Below, in pieces: positions 28,427-38,599 of a DNA stretch of 55,302 nucleotides. Position numbers and translations under genes: made by a program. The notes beneath the pieces were generated by a model. The model had not been told where the DNA came from, made no database searches, and saw only the letters and a program-made list of their open reading frames with translations. Numbering within the stretch: position 1 is the first letter of the stretch; every line of letters begins with the position of its first letter. Source of the stretch: Gemmatimonadaceae bacterium (GTDB taxonomy: Bacteria; Gemmatimonadota; Gemmatimonadetes; Gemmatimonadales; Gemmatimonadaceae); contig JBPPMU010000216.1 in the NCBI GenBank assembly GCA_051306215.1, positions 1 to 55,302 of the forward strand. The letters run 5' to 3'.

Positions 28427-30697
28427 ATGGCCAACGAGCCCGCGGGGCTCGTGGAAGTCGCGCTTCCAGTCCCGCTTTTCCAGACCTTCACGTACGCGCT
28501 GCCTGCCGATCCATCAGCGAGGATTCCAGTGGCAGGATCCCGCGTCGTTGTGCCCTTCCGCAACCGTCGGCAGATAGGCATCTGCCTCGGGCCCGCCACG
28601 AGTGCGGGACAGCCTGCGAGGCTGAAAACTGTCATCGAGGTGCCTGACGACTCGCCGGCGCTTAGCGAGAACATGATCACCCTCTGCACATGGATGGCCG
28701 AGTACTACGTCGTCCCCATCGGTCTTGCCTTGCGGGCGGCGCTTCCGGCGGCCATGAGCGGAGCGGCGAATCCGCATCCGTCGCGCAGGACTCATCGCGT
28801 GGTGCGACTGAGGGAGGACCTGCCGACTCTCATGCATCGCGAAAAGGCCTTCGCGCGGGCACCCCAGCAGCGAGCCGTATTCGAATTGCTCGAGTCGACG
28901 GGCGGAACGAGTACGCTCGACCACCTGCTCGAGCGGCTCGCGTTCTCGCCCTCCGTGCTCAAGGCCCTCGAGAAGCGCGGGCTGGTTCGAATTGATGCCG
29001 AAGCCGTCGACAGGGATCCGTTCGCGGCGAGACCACCCGACAGGTCACCCCGGCATGATCCGACAGGCCCTCAGCTTGCCGCGATCGAGCGGCTCAAGGA
29101 GGCGAAGGAGGGAGAGGTTTTTCTGCTTCACGGAATCACCGGCAGCGGGAAGACCCTTGTATACATCGAGCTGTTGCGCGAGATCGTCGACGTGCGCGGG
29201 CAGACAGCGATCGTACTCGTACCCGAGATCGCGCTCACTCCGCAAACCGTCGACAGGTTCCGCGCCGTCTTCGGCGACCGCATCGCGGTCCTTCACTCGG
29301 CGCTCGGCGAAGGTGAACGGTATGATGCGTGGCGCGCTCTCGATCGCGGGGAACGGCGCATCGTCGTCGGAGCGCGCTCGGCGATATTCGCTCCGCTCCG
29401 CAACGTCGGCGCGATAATCGTCGACGAGGAGCACGAGTCGAGCTACAAGCAGGCCGAAACTCCGCGGTATCACGCGCGCGAGCTGGCGATCGTCAGGTCG
29501 CGGCTGGAGAACTCGATAGTGGTGCTGGGGAGCGCGACTCCGTCGCTCGAGTCGTGGAGCAACGCGACTGCCGGGAAGTACTCTCTTCTCACTCTTCCGG
29601 ACCGGGTGGGCGGCGGCAGACTGCCGGCGGTGGAGATCGTCGACCTCCGGCACCGGCCCGCACCGAATGTCGACTCCAGCATCGGGACCGCCTACAGCTC
29701 GATAATCCGCGAGGAGCTCGACAACGCGCTTGGCGCGACGCTGCTGCGCGGGGAGCAAAGCATACTCCTGCTGAATCGCCGTGGTTACTCGTCGTTCGTT
29801 CAGTGCAACGACTGCGGCGACGTCGTCGTGTGCCCGAACTGCAGCATCACGCTCACACATCACCGCGCGCCGGAACGCCTGCTCTGTCACTACTGCGCGC
29901 ATCAGGAGCCGATCCGCACAGGATGCGCGCGATGCGGCGGGCAGACGTTGCGGAACCGCGGTCTCGGGACCCAGCAGGTCGAGCGGCTTCTGCTCGAGCG
30001 GTTTCCGCAGGCGCGCATTGCACGGATGGACGTCGACACAACCAGCGGAAAGTGGGCTCACGCCGAGATCCTCGACAGGGTGGGGAGCCGCGAGGTCGAC
30101 ATACTGCTCGGCACGCAGATGATCGCGAAGGGTCTGGATTTTCCCAATGTGACGCTCGTCGGCGTCGTCGATGCTGACGTTGGAATCAACCTTCCCGACT
30201 TCCGCGCCTCCGAGCGGTGCTTTCAGCTGCTCAGCCAGGTCGCCGGCAGGGCGGGCAGGGGTCCCAAGGGCGGCCAGGTCCTGATACAGACCCGCCTCCC
30301 CGGTCATCACGCGGTCAGGTGTGCCGTAACTCATGACTACCACACGTTTGTCCGGGAGGAACTGGAAGGTCGGGTAAATCCCCCTTATCCGCCGAATGTA
30401 CGCCTGGCGAACATAGTCTTCAGCGGAACCGACCCTCATGCGACGGCAGACCTTGCGACAGCCGGAGCCGACTGGCTTCGCGAGCTTCTGGCATCGCGCG
30501 CGCTCGACGGGATCGCTTTGATCGGACCGGCTCCGTGCCCGATCGAAAGGGTCAAGACGCGGTGGCGGTGGCACGTGCTTCTCAAGTCGAAGAGCTCAGG
30601 CGAGCTCACAAGAGTTTGCCGATACTTCATGGAAAGATTCCCGACACCGGCCGCGCTTCGCGTGACACTCGACCGCGATCCCGTGGCGCTTCTCTAG
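28427..30697 (+). CDS. priA: Primosomal protein N' (replication restart helicase)
   Basis: HGITGSGKT, VPEIALTPQ, DEEHE, LNRRG, four CxxC pairs, QVAGRAGR. Confidence 0.98.
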   Translation: MANEPAGLVEVALPVPLFQTFTYALPADPSARIPVAGSRVVVPFRNRRQIGICLGPATSAGQPARLKTVIEVPDDSPALSENMITLCTWMAEYYVVPIGLALRAALPAAMSGAANPHPSRRTHRVVRLREDLPTLMHREKAFARAPQQRAVFELLESTGGTSTLDHLLERLAFSPSVLKALEKRGLVRIDAEAVDRDPFAARPPDRSPRHDPTGPQLAAIERLKEAKEGEVFLLHGITGSGKTLVYIELLREIVDVRGQTAIVLVPEIALTPQTVDRFRAVFGDRIAVLHSALGEGERYDAWRALDRGERRIVVGARSAIFAPLRNVGAIIVDEEHESSYKQAETPRYHARELAIVRSRLENSIVVLGSATPSLESWSNATAGKYSLLTLPDRVGGGRLPAVEIVDLRHRPAPNVDSSIGTAYSSIIREELDNALGATLLRGEQSILLLNRRGYSSFVQCNDCGDVVVCPNCSITLTHHRAPERLLCHYCAHQEPIRTGCARCGGQTLRNRGLGTQQVERLLLERFPQARIARMDVDTTSGKWAHAEILDRVGSREVDILLGTQMIAKGLDFPNVTLVGVVDADVGINLPDFRASERCFQLLSQVAGRAGRGPKGGQVLIQTRLPGHHAVRCAVTHDYHTFVREELEGRVNPPYPPNVRLANIVFSGTDPHATADLATAGADWLRELLASRALDGIALIGPAPCPIERVKTRWRWHVLLKSKSSGELTRVCRYFMERFPTPAALRVTLDRDPVALL

Positions 30698-30762
30698 CGC
30701 AGCAGTTCATTTATACGGGCGGCGGACTACGGACCCGGCTTTCACGGTCAACCAGGGCGTGC

Positions 30763-31143
30763 ATGATAGAGACTACTGAACGTTTTCTGAGGGAGATTGC
30801 AGATCGGGTGGGAGCTCCAGCAGTGGAGTCTGTTCACCTTTTCCCCCCGATCCGGCAGGGGGGAGTCGAGACGGGAGCCGCAGTCATCGCCGCCAGTGAT
30901 CCCGGCCAGGCGCGCCACACCGTATGGAGCGCCAGCTACAGGCATACCCTCAAGGGTCCCGACCGCGGGAAATGGGAGGTTGAGGTCACGGCCGAGGCTG
31001 ATGCGCCGCTGGTGACTGTCGACGTCGTAGTGGATGGCGTGATGAAAAGGGCGGGCGAGCAGTTTTCGCCGGAGAAGCTTACCGCCTCAGAGTTCCGTAC
31101 CATCGTCGGCTTCAGTCTCGACGAGGTTCAGGCCGGAGCCTGA
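30763..31143 (+). CDS. Hypothetical protein
   Basis: 126-aa ORF from ATG 30763 filling the gap after priA; protein-like composition. Confidence 0.65.
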   Translation: MIETTERFLREIADRVGAPAVESVHLFPPIRQGGVETGAAVIAASDPGQARHTVWSASYRHTLKGPDRGKWEVEVTAEADAPLVTVDVVVDGVMKRAGEQFSPEKLTASEFRTIVGFSLDEVQAGA

Positions 31144-32857
31144 CTGGCGGGTCAGCCGCGGGCTGCTCGCTGTACCTCAGCAGCACGGCGCCGTGAATGT
31201 CCCGCGCGTCTTCGAGGCGGGCATTTCCGAGATCAAGCCATGCAGGCGAAATGATGAACGGGTAAACCTGGTCGCCGCCGGCAGACCCGTGCGCTCCGAC
31301 CTGGTCGTCGAACGACACGATGTGCTCGCCGTCGTACGCGCCGAACAGGACGCAGTCACCGGAGTTCGGCTGAAGCACGAGCGAATGGAGCGCCTCGAGC
31401 GCGTATCGCTCGGTTCCGTATGCCGTCAACGGGTTTTCGCCTTCCAGCACGGTCAGCTCTCCGGAGCGAATCATGGCTCGTCCGATTTTCCCCTCAACGT
31501 GCACACCATCGCCCGACCGCGTTGCAATCAGGCCTATCCCGGCGTGAGCGAGAAGTGTTGCGTAAAGAAGCTTCCGGGTGGGCGTCTGCTGAATGTCTTC
31601 AAGTGTAAGGGCACTTTCGACGTCGGCGAAATAAACGAGAGCGAGGCAGGAGCTGTACGTCACAACTACGTCATGAGTTGCCGCGACACGATATTTCTCC
31701 GGGACTATTATCTCCCGTAGCCCATAACGACTGCGAAGCCAGTCCTTTGCCCGACGGAGCAAGCGGCGGGTGCGCGTTCGGGCCTGGGGAATGATTACCG
31801 CCATCGCCTCGAGAACCTCCGGCGCGATGTCAGCGTATTCGCTCGCGTCTGAGTGGCTGGCAAGCACGTGGCCTTCGAGGATCTTCTCGACCGTCGTACC
31901 GAGGGACTCGCCGAATTTCACCCTGTAGCTGTGCGACGGAGTCATTCCGTGGTCTGAGAGGATTACCAGGTCGTACCCGCGGCCTCCGGCCATCCGCGCC
32001 ATCCGCCATATCTCCGCGATTCGCGCGTCAGTCCGCCGCAGATCATAAAGCGACTGCTTGCTCGACGGGCCGAAGTGGTGCGCAAGCTCGTCGTACTGCA
32101 TGAACGTGCTGTAGATCACCGGGACGCCGAGATAGACGTCGAGGAGGATCGCCATCGTCTGGAGCTCTCGGATGATGACGTTGCTGAGGATCCTGATGAA
32201 TGGGAAAATTCCCTCCGAGTGGGTGGTCCTGCCCGCAAGCTCGCCTCTCAGGCGTTCCCACTCCTCCCGGAGAAATTCGAGCACGCTCTGAAACGGCATC
32301 CTGAGGAGGCGGATCGGGTGCAGGAGCATCAGCATCCCCATCCGGCCGCCACCGAGCCGCTCGTACACCGACATCTTCTCCCTGGTCGCTACCGTGAACG
32401 CGACGGTCTGCGCATCGCCGTCCATCAGGTTCACGTAACTCGATCCGCCGGCGAGCGCGCCGGGAGATTTTATCCGGTCCCTGATGTATTGAACTCCGTG
32501 CGGCGCATTGCAGGTGATGATCCTGCGCCCGGGCTTGTCGTAGAACCTGAACGCCGGAATGCCGCCATTCTCCCCGTGGAAAATTCCTGCCTGGCAGTAG
32601 GGTGTGGCCGATGGAAGGCCGCAATACCATTTCCGGAGCTCGAAGTCATCGCGCTTCAGCAGCCTTGAGATAGTCGGGCAATGCCCCTGCTCGATCGCGC
32701 GCAGAAGGTCAGAGTGGGCCAGCGCGTCGATCTGGAGCATGATCAACCCGCGCCTGCCGTCACGCTCCCGCTTTTCCCGCCTGAAGAGATGGTACTTCGT
32801 CTCGTAGTACCATCTGAGGAGCGGACCGGCGCGTGGATGCCCGCGTCGCTCGGTCAC
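31112..32857 (-). CDS. Alkaline phosphatase superfamily (phosphodiesterase/NPP-like) protein, no signal peptide
   Basis: QIDAL, PSATP (Thr nucleophile), YDELAHHFGP, LSDHG, AHGS; GTG 32857 overlaps the receiver stop. Confidence 0.85.
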   Translation of the reverse strand: MTERRGHPRAGPLLRWYYETKYHLFRREKRERDGRRGLIMLQIDALAHSDLLRAIEQGHCPTISRLLKRDDFELRKWYCGLPSATPYCQAGIFHGENGGIPAFRFYDKPGRRIITCNAPHGVQYIRDRIKSPGALAGGSSYVNLMDGDAQTVAFTVATREKMSVYERLGGGRMGMLMLLHPIRLLRMPFQSVLEFLREEWERLRGELAGRTTHSEGIFPFIRILSNVIIRELQTMAILLDVYLGVPVIYSTFMQYDELAHHFGPSSKQSLYDLRRTDARIAEIWRMARMAGGRGYDLVILSDHGMTPSHSYRVKFGESLGTTVEKILEGHVLASHSDASEYADIAPEVLEAMAVIIPQARTRTRRLLRRAKDWLRSRYGLREIIVPEKYRVAATHDVVVTYSSCLALVYFADVESALTLEDIQQTPTRKLLYATLLAHAGIGLIATRSGDGVHVEGKIGRAMIRSGELTVLEGENPLTAYGTERYALEALHSLVLQPNSGDCVLFGAYDGEHIVSFDDQVGAHGSAGGDQVYPFIISPAWLDLGNARLEDARDIHGAVLLRYSEQPAADPPVRLRPEPRRD

Positions 32858-33216
32858 GCTATCGCTTCGGAGACGATTCTCAGCAGCAGCTGGACCGGAA
32901 CCGGCTTTATCAGCACGTCGTCGCAGCCGGCAGCGATGCATCGTGCCCGGGTCTCCTCGTCGCCGTGCCCGGTCATTGCGTAAGTCACGGCAGGCCTGAA
33001 GCCGCGTCGGTCGAGCACTGAGATGACAGATAGACCATCGCCGTCGGGAAGCCCGACGTCGAGGAGCATTACATCGGGCGCAGCCGGGCCTTCCCAAGCT
33101 TCGGCCTCGGCGGCGCTTACTGCGAGAGTCACGTCAAACCCGCCGGCCTCGAGAAGCATCTTGAGCGCGCCGCTTATCATCGTGCTGTCCTCGACGAGAA
33201 GTATTCGCGGCTTCAT
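32854..33216 (-). CDS. Single-domain response regulator (CheY-like receiver)
   Basis: [22 protein letters not shown]; ATG 33216 overlaps the kinase stop. Confidence 0.92.
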   Translation of the reverse strand: MKPRILLVEDSTMISGALKMLLEAGGFDVTLAVSAAEAEAWEGPAAPDVMLLDVGLPDGDGLSVISVLDRRGFRPAVTYAMTGHGDEETRARCIAAGCDDVLIKPVPVQLLLRIVSEAIA

Positions 33217-34040
33217 CGGCGGGGCTGCACCACCGGCAGCGTGAAGAAGAACCTGCTTCCGCATCCAAGGTCGCTCTCGACCCAGATCCTCCCTCCGTGA
33301 AGCTCGACGAAGCGCCTCGCGATCGTCAGCCCGAGGCCGGTGCCGTGATGGGCGCGAGATGCCGACGAATCGACCTGCGCGAACTCCCGGAAGATCAGCT
33401 CATGGTGGTCAGGGGCTATTCCGCGACCCGTATCCCCCACTTCGATCAGGACTGTTCCCTCGGGATCATCATTGCTCATTCCCGCGTTGACCCAGACCCT
33501 GCCGCCCGAGGGGGTGAACTCGAACGCGTTTCCGAGAAGGTTGGTGAGGACGTGAATGATCTTGTCACGATCGCCCGTTATCGAAGGAAGCGCTGTCGAC
33601 ATGTAGCGCTCCAGCGAGAGCCCCTTTTTCGCGACGAGCGATTCATTGAGCGAGATAACCTGCTCGACCACGTCGTGAAGCGAGAACTCCGACTCTATCA
33701 GGGTCAGCGTCTCACTCGAGTCCCTGGCGTGCATGAGGATCTCGGCGATCATGTCGAGCAGCTGGCGGCCTCCGGTGATGATGATCGAGATGCTCTCGCG
33801 CTGCTTCGGTGTTATGTCCCCGAGAATGCCGTCACGGAGAATCTCTGCGTGCGTGATGATGGCCGTCAGCGGAGTGCGGAGGTCGTGGGAGATGTTCGAC
33901 AGAAACTGCGTCTTGAGGGCGTCCCTCTCTTCGAGGTCGCTGATCCTTCTCTGCGCGTCGAGCAGCTCCCGCTCGAGTCTCGTCATCCGGGCTTCCCGCG
34001 AGTCGGTGGCATCTTCGTGATGCTGCCGCGTTTCACTCAT
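33213..34040 (-). CDS. Histidine kinase lacking sensor and TM domains
   Basis: SHDLRTPL H-box, NLLGNA, DTGRGI, GTGLGL; only ~40-aa coiled-coil N-terminus. Confidence 0.93.
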   Translation of the reverse strand: MSETRQHHEDATDSREARMTRLERELLDAQRRISDLEERDALKTQFLSNISHDLRTPLTAIITHAEILRDGILGDITPKQRESISIIITGGRQLLDMIAEILMHARDSSETLTLIESEFSLHDVVEQVISLNESLVAKKGLSLERYMSTALPSITGDRDKIIHVLTNLLGNAFEFTPSGGRVWVNAGMSNDDPEGTVLIEVGDTGRGIAPDHHELIFREFAQVDSSASRAHHGTGLGLTIARRFVELHGGRIWVESDLGCGSRFFFTLPVVQPRR

Positions 34041-35841
34041 CCGCGGAACCCCGGAGCGCGAGCCCGCTTTCGTTGGCGCGCTCTATCGATTCCACCAGCT
34101 GCTGGTGACGAAGCAGCTCCCAGTATCTGCCCTCGGCCGACATCAGGTCGTCATGGCGCCCCTGCTCGACGACCCGTCCCTCATCGAGAACGATTATGAG
34201 GCTCGCGTCGCGAAGAGCGCTCGCCCGGTGTGACGCAATTACCGCGGTGCGGGAGGCCAGGGCGCCGCGAAGTCCTCGCAGTATCTCCGCTTCGGTATGC
34301 GTGTCGACCGCGCTCAGCGCATCATCGAGGAGCAGTATGGCCGGCTTGCGAGCGAGGGCCCGGGCCAGCGAGGCGCGCTGCTTCTGCCCGCCTGAAAGAT
34401 TGATCCCGCGCTCGCCAAGCATCGTCTCGAATCCGCCGGGAAACGACGCGATTGTCTCCGACAGCTGGGCCGTTTCGGCGGCCCAGTCGATGTTTGCGGC
34501 GTCGGTCGCCCCATAGCCGATATTCGCAGCGATCGTGTCGCTGAACAAAAGACTTTCCTGTGGCACGAAACCAATCTCGCGCCGAAGCTCATGCAATGGA
34601 ATGTCGCGCACTCGCACGCCGTCGACCAGCACATCGCCTTCCTGTGGATCGTGAAGGCGGGGGATTAGCTCGATGAGCGCCGTCTTGCCGCTTCCTGTCG
34701 CGCCCGCCACTCCAAGCGAAGTGCCGGCCGGGACGATGAAGTTGACCCCGCGAAGAATCCAACGCGGCTCGCGGCCTTCGCGGACAGGGAAATGAAATCC
34801 CACGTTCCTGAACTCGATTGTCCTGCCGCCGGTCGCGGGAGGAAGATGGATCGACTGTTCCCCCGATCCCTCTTCGAGCGTGGAACGCGCGTCGAGTATT
34901 TCACCGAGCCTGATCATCGAGGCGCTGCCGCGCTGGAAGAGGTTTATTACCCAGCCGAGCGCAATGAGGGGCCATGTCAGCAAGTTGAGATACAGGCCAA
35001 ACGCCACGAATGACCCGACGGAAATGACGCCCCGCAGTGTCAGCAGGCCGCCAAGGCCCAACACGACAACTGCAGCCAGCCCTGCGAGCAGCGCGAACAG
35101 CGGGTGCATGGTTCCGTATAGCCGCGCGAGCGACATGTTGCGGGTCTTGTACTCCTCGTTGAGCGCCGCAAACCTGCCGATCTCCGCGGCCTCCTGACGG
35201 TAAGCACGCACGATGCGGGTGCCCGTGAGATTTTCCTGCGCCTGCGTCGCCAGCGTCGAGAAATGCTCCTGCACTGCGTCGAACCTGCGATGCACGAGAC
35301 GCCCGAGCCACACCGTCATGACGGGAAGGATCGCCATCGGCAACAGCGCGAGAAGCGTGAGGAGCGGGTCGATCCTCAGCATGAAAACGAGCGAGAACAC
35401 CGCACCGGCGATGGTGTTCATGAGATACATCACCGCGGGGCCTGCAGCCATCCGGACCGCACTGAGGTCGTTGGTGAGCCGGGCCATTGTGTCGCCAGTG
35501 CGCGTTTTCGCGAACCAGTCCGGGTCAAGGGTCACGAGGTGCGTGAACAGGTCGTTGCGGAGATCGAATTCGATGTGCCTGCTCACGCCGTTCAGAATCT
35601 CGCGCATCGCATACCGCAGGAACGCCGCGAGGACGGCGACGGCAACAATGCTCGCTGACAGGCGCCAGATGCGGTCAAGGGGCTCGCCCGCCCGCAGACC
35701 GTCTATCGCCAGTTTCAGAATCCACGGAATCACGGCGGTGATCGCCGTCGAAACGACCACCAGCGACAGGCCCGTGATCAGTTCGCCCCTGTACGGGGTA
35801 TAATAGGGAAGTAGCCGTTTCAGCTGGTTCATGAATGGCAC
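34033..35841 (-). CDS. ABC exporter, fused TMD-NBD half-transporter (MdlA/YheI-like)
   Basis: [29 protein letters not shown] region; start may be ATG 35832. Confidence 0.93.
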   Translation of the reverse strand: MPFMNQLKRLLPYYTPYRGELITGLSLVVVSTAITAVIPWILKLAIDGLRAGEPLDRIWRLSASIVAVAVLAAFLRYAMREILNGVSRHIEFDLRNDLFTHLVTLDPDWFAKTRTGDTMARLTNDLSAVRMAAGPAVMYLMNTIAGAVFSLVFMLRIDPLLTLLALLPMAILPVMTVWLGRLVHRRFDAVQEHFSTLATQAQENLTGTRIVRAYRQEAAEIGRFAALNEEYKTRNMSLARLYGTMHPLFALLAGLAAVVVLGLGGLLTLRGVISVGSFVAFGLYLNLLTWPLIALGWVINLFQRGSASMIRLGEILDARSTLEEGSGEQSIHLPPATGGRTIEFRNVGFHFPVREGREPRWILRGVNFIVPAGTSLGVAGATGSGKTALIELIPRLHDPQEGDVLVDGVRVRDIPLHELRREIGFVPQESLLFSDTIAANIGYGATDAANIDWAAETAQLSETIASFPGGFETMLGERGINLSGGQKQRASLARALARKPAILLLDDALSAVDTHTEAEILRGLRGALASRTAVIASHRASALRDASLIIVLDEGRVVEQGRHDDLMSAEGRYWELLRHQQLVESIERANESGLALRGSADE

Positions 35842-35866
35842 GGCGATTGCCCCTCAAAGCACAGGT

Positions 35867-35889
35867 AAACTCTTGTGCTGCAAGAGTTT
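35867..35889. promoter_or_regulatory. Perfect palindrome in a divergent intergenic region; candidate protein-binding site
   Basis: AAACTCTTG-TGCTG-CAAGAGTTT. Confidence 0.5.
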
Positions 35890-35925
35890 CGGGGCAGCGC
35901 AATTACAATTGGAGGCAGTACCGGA

Positions 35926-36810
35926 ATGTCAAAATATATAACTCGGTTGAGTGTCCCGCTCGCGCTGTCATTGGCGCTGATCGCGGGCGCATGTGCCGAT
36001 TCGAAGAGCGATGACTCGCTCGCTCAGGACACGTCGCTGACCCGCGATCTACAGATGGCGAATCAGGACACGCTCGCTCAGCCGGCGCTTCAGGACGTTC
36101 CCGCGCTCGAGTCTCCTGCTGCTGCCGCAACCTCGCCCGCCGCGACGCCGCCTAGGACATCGGGAACGACGGTTAGAACGCCGCCTAGGACCACAACACC
36201 CCCGCGCACCACCGCGCCGGCGAGCCCGAAGACTACGGCAAGTGGAAATACCGTAACGTCCGGAACCGCCGGATCGGAGCGGGCGCTTGGATCGATCCCG
36301 GCTGGCTCGGAGATCAGCCTTGCATCGAACTCGCGCATCTGCACGAACACGCACAAGGTCGGGCAGCGCTTCAGCGCGACTGTCGCGAACTCGGTGACGG
36401 GATCGAACGGCGCGGTCATTCCGGCCGGTGCCACGGCAACGGTCGAGATAACCGAGCTCAACCGCAGCGAGAATGTGAACGACGAGATAAGGATGGGTTT
36501 CCGCGTCGTGTCGGTGACCTTCGGCGGGCGCACCTACCCGATCTCGGCGACGACTACTTATGCGAACGTCGATCGGGTTCGTAACCAGCCGCAGAGCAAG
36601 GATGTGCAGAAAGTCGTTGGCGGAGCGGCTGTCGGCGCGATCATCGGCCAGGTGCTGGGCCGGGACACGAAGTCAACAGTCATCGGTGCCGCGACTGGTG
36701 CCGCAGCCGGTGCGGGAGTAGCGGCCGGAACGGCGAATTATGAAGGCTGCGTCGCCTCAGGCGGACGTCTGACAATCAGGCTCGACTCCTCAGCGCAGGT
36801 CCAGGTCTGA
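35926..36810 (+). CDS. Putative lipoprotein with Pro/Thr-rich linker, beta-rich domain and glycine zipper
   Basis: Signal peptide and lipobox IAGAC; GGAAVGAIIGQVLG...GAATGAAAGAGV; GGAGG upstream. Confidence 0.8.
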   Translation: MSKYITRLSVPLALSLALIAGACADSKSDDSLAQDTSLTRDLQMANQDTLAQPALQDVPALESPAAAATSPAATPPRTSGTTVRTPPRTTTPPRTTAPASPKTTASGNTVTSGTAGSERALGSIPAGSEISLASNSRICTNTHKVGQRFSATVANSVTGSNGAVIPAGATATVEITELNRSENVNDEIRMGFRVVSVTFGGRTYPISATTTYANVDRVRNQPQSKDVQKVVGGAAVGAIIGQVLGRDTKSTVIGAATGAAAGAGVAAGTANYEGCVASGGRLTIRLDSSAQVQV

Positions 36811-36816
36811 TCACTG

Positions 36817-36846
36817 CCTCGCACTCCGCGATCGCGGCGTGCGAGG
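36817..36846. terminator. Near-perfect GC-rich palindrome between convergent genes
   Basis: CCTCGCAC-T-CCGCGATCGCGG-C-GTGCGAGG; no clear U-tract. Confidence 0.5.
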
Positions 36847-36883
36847 ATGTTCCACCAACGCGAGCGGTGGGTCTTTCTGCGCC

Positions 36884-36958
36884 TCCGCAGTTGTTCTGCG
36901 TCTCGCTTTTTCCGCAGTTGTTCTGCGTCTCGCTTTTCCGCAGTTGTTCAGCGTCTCT
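36884..36958. repeat. Tandem repeat, ~3 copies of a 26-27-nt unit
   Basis: TCCGCAGTTGTTCTGCGTCTCGCTTT(T) starting at 36884 and 36911, degenerate copy at 36937. Confidence 0.9.
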
Positions 36959-37610
36959 TGTTTCCCAGGCCGTATCTGAAGTTCGCGCGAATCGTCCGCT
37001 GGCGGAGAGTGTTGCTCTGTTCGCTCGAGAGCCCTTCTCTCTCGTGAAGCGCGAGACCGAAGTCCTGCACGACACTGACCTGCGCGTTCCGTCCGAACCC
37101 ATACCCGAAGCCATACCCGAATGTGAAGTATGGGTCGGTGTTTCCGTCGAGCGGGGCAAGCCGTGAGTCATCCGAATCCCGGCGGAGGTTGCGGTACTGA
37201 AGAGCGCCCGCTGAAGCCTCCAGCACCTGATGGAAGCCGCTCCTCCCACCAAGATGGAACGACGCGCCAAGTGCAACGACGTCGAGGTGCGCGGCGCAGC
37301 GGCTGCAGCTGTTGTCACCGCTTCTCCCGATGTAGGTGAGCGGCACGTCGGCGTAAGAGCCCACGGCGCCAATCGATATCGAGCCGCTTATCGCTTTCTC
37401 GACAGCCAGGCGATACTGCGGCGTTGAAGCCTGGCCGAAGTCCCAGGTGCTCGATGTCGCGCCATCACTCACGTCGTTTGCGTTGAAGAGTCCGGCGCTC
37501 AGGCCAACCCAGAGTGAAGGCTCGACTGGCGGGGGAACGCGCCTGCGTACCTGCCCGTCGGCCGCCGTGGCGAGCGCCAGAATCAGGGTGCAGGCGATGA
37601 TTGATTTCAA
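36948..37610 (-). CDS. Putative outer-membrane beta-barrel protein
   Basis: TTG 37610 after GGAG; signal peptide; alternating aromatic beta-strands (YFTFGYGFGYGF, ANFRYGL). Confidence 0.7.
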   Translation of the reverse strand: MKSIIACTLILALATAADGQVRRRVPPPVEPSLWVGLSAGLFNANDVSDGATSSTWDFGQASTPQYRLAVEKAISGSISIGAVGSYADVPLTYIGRSGDNSCSRCAAHLDVVALGASFHLGGRSGFHQVLEASAGALQYRNLRRDSDDSRLAPLDGNTDPYFTFGYGFGYGFGRNAQVSVVQDFGLALHEREGLSSEQSNTLRQRTIRANFRYGLGNKRR

Positions 37611-37684
37611 TGAAAGCTCCGTTTGTCTTGCGGGTGTCGAGAAGCGCCGGGTAAGTTCACGCGTGCAAATCAACGGCGCTCCGC

Positions 37685-38599
37685 ATGCTTGATCCCCGGA
37701 CGACAGAACGTCGCAATCCGCGGACCGCCTCAATCGATCTCGCTCCCCACCTCGAGATCGTTGATGTGATAAACGCCGAAGACCGCCTGGTTCCCGAGGC
37801 CGTAGCATCGCAGCGGGAGCGGATAGCCCGGGCGATGGAGCTGGCCGAGCAAAGCTTCCGGGCGGGCGGCAGGCTCTTTTATGTCGGCGCGGGAACGTCC
37901 GGCAGGCTCGGCGTGCTCGATGCGAGCGAGATCCCCCCGACATTCGGGGCGAACCCGGAGATGGTCCAGGGGATAATCGCCGGCGGTCTGCCGGCCCTCA
38001 CCCGCGCGCAGGAAGGGGCCGAAGACATAGTTGAAAACGGCGCGAAGGAGATCGACGCGCGCGGAGTCGGGCCCGACGACTTCGTGATCGGTATCGCTGC
38101 CTCTGGCACGACTCCCTACGTCCACGCCGCTCTCACCCGCGCGGCTGCGCTCGGCGCGCGCACCGGGATGATCGCATGCTCGGCGCTTCCGCAGGCCGTC
38201 GTCGACCTCGTCGATGTGGCGATAGTGCCGATCGTCGGTCCCGAGGTCGTGACGGGTTCGACCCGAATGAAGGCCGGAACTGCGACGAAACTCGTGCTCA
38301 ACATCATCACGACCGGTGCGATGATCCGGCTCGGCAAGACGTACGGGAACCTGATGGTTGATCTGCGCGCAACAAACGACAAGCTGAAGGACCGGAGCGA
38401 GCGGATCGTCATCGAGGTGTGCGGCGTCACGCGTGACGAGGCGCGTGCGCTCATCGAAGCGGCCGACAAGAGCGTGAAAACCGCGATCGTGATGCAGAAG
38501 CTCGGAGTAACGCGCGAGAAAGCGCTCGAGGCGCTGGAACGGGCAGGAGGAGTGATCCGCCGCGCGATTCCCGACGCCCCTCCACCGGTGCCGGAATGA
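37685..38599 (+). CDS. murQ: N-acetylmuramic acid 6-phosphate etherase
   Basis: TERRNP, GAGTSGRLGVLDASE, GPEVVTGSTRMKAGTA, GNLMVDL. Confidence 0.97.
   Translation: MLDPRTTERRNPRTASIDLAPHLEIVDVINAEDRLVPEAVASQRERIARAMELAEQSFRAGGRLFYVGAGTSGRLGVLDASEIPPTFGANPEMVQGIIAGGLPALTRAQEGAEDIVENGAKEIDARGVGPDDFVIGIAASGTTPYVHAALTRAAALGARTGMIACSALPQAVVDLVDVAIVPIVGPEVVTGSTRMKAGTATKLVLNIITTGAMIRLGKTYGNLMVDLRATNDKLKDRSERIVIEVCGVTRDEARALIEAADKSVKTAIVMQKLGVTREKALEALERAGGVIRRAIPDAPPPVPE

Noticed and set aside
36884-36958. CRISPR array
   Set aside because: Units are directly adjacent with no unique spacers, and there are no cas genes in the window
37611-37943. N-terminal extensions given in the ORF track (also 11213, 23718, 24629, 25579, 27204, 30535, 33097, 43911, 50705)
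   Set aside because: They overlap neighbouring genes and read as non-protein-like; downstream starts have SD motifs or stop-start coupling
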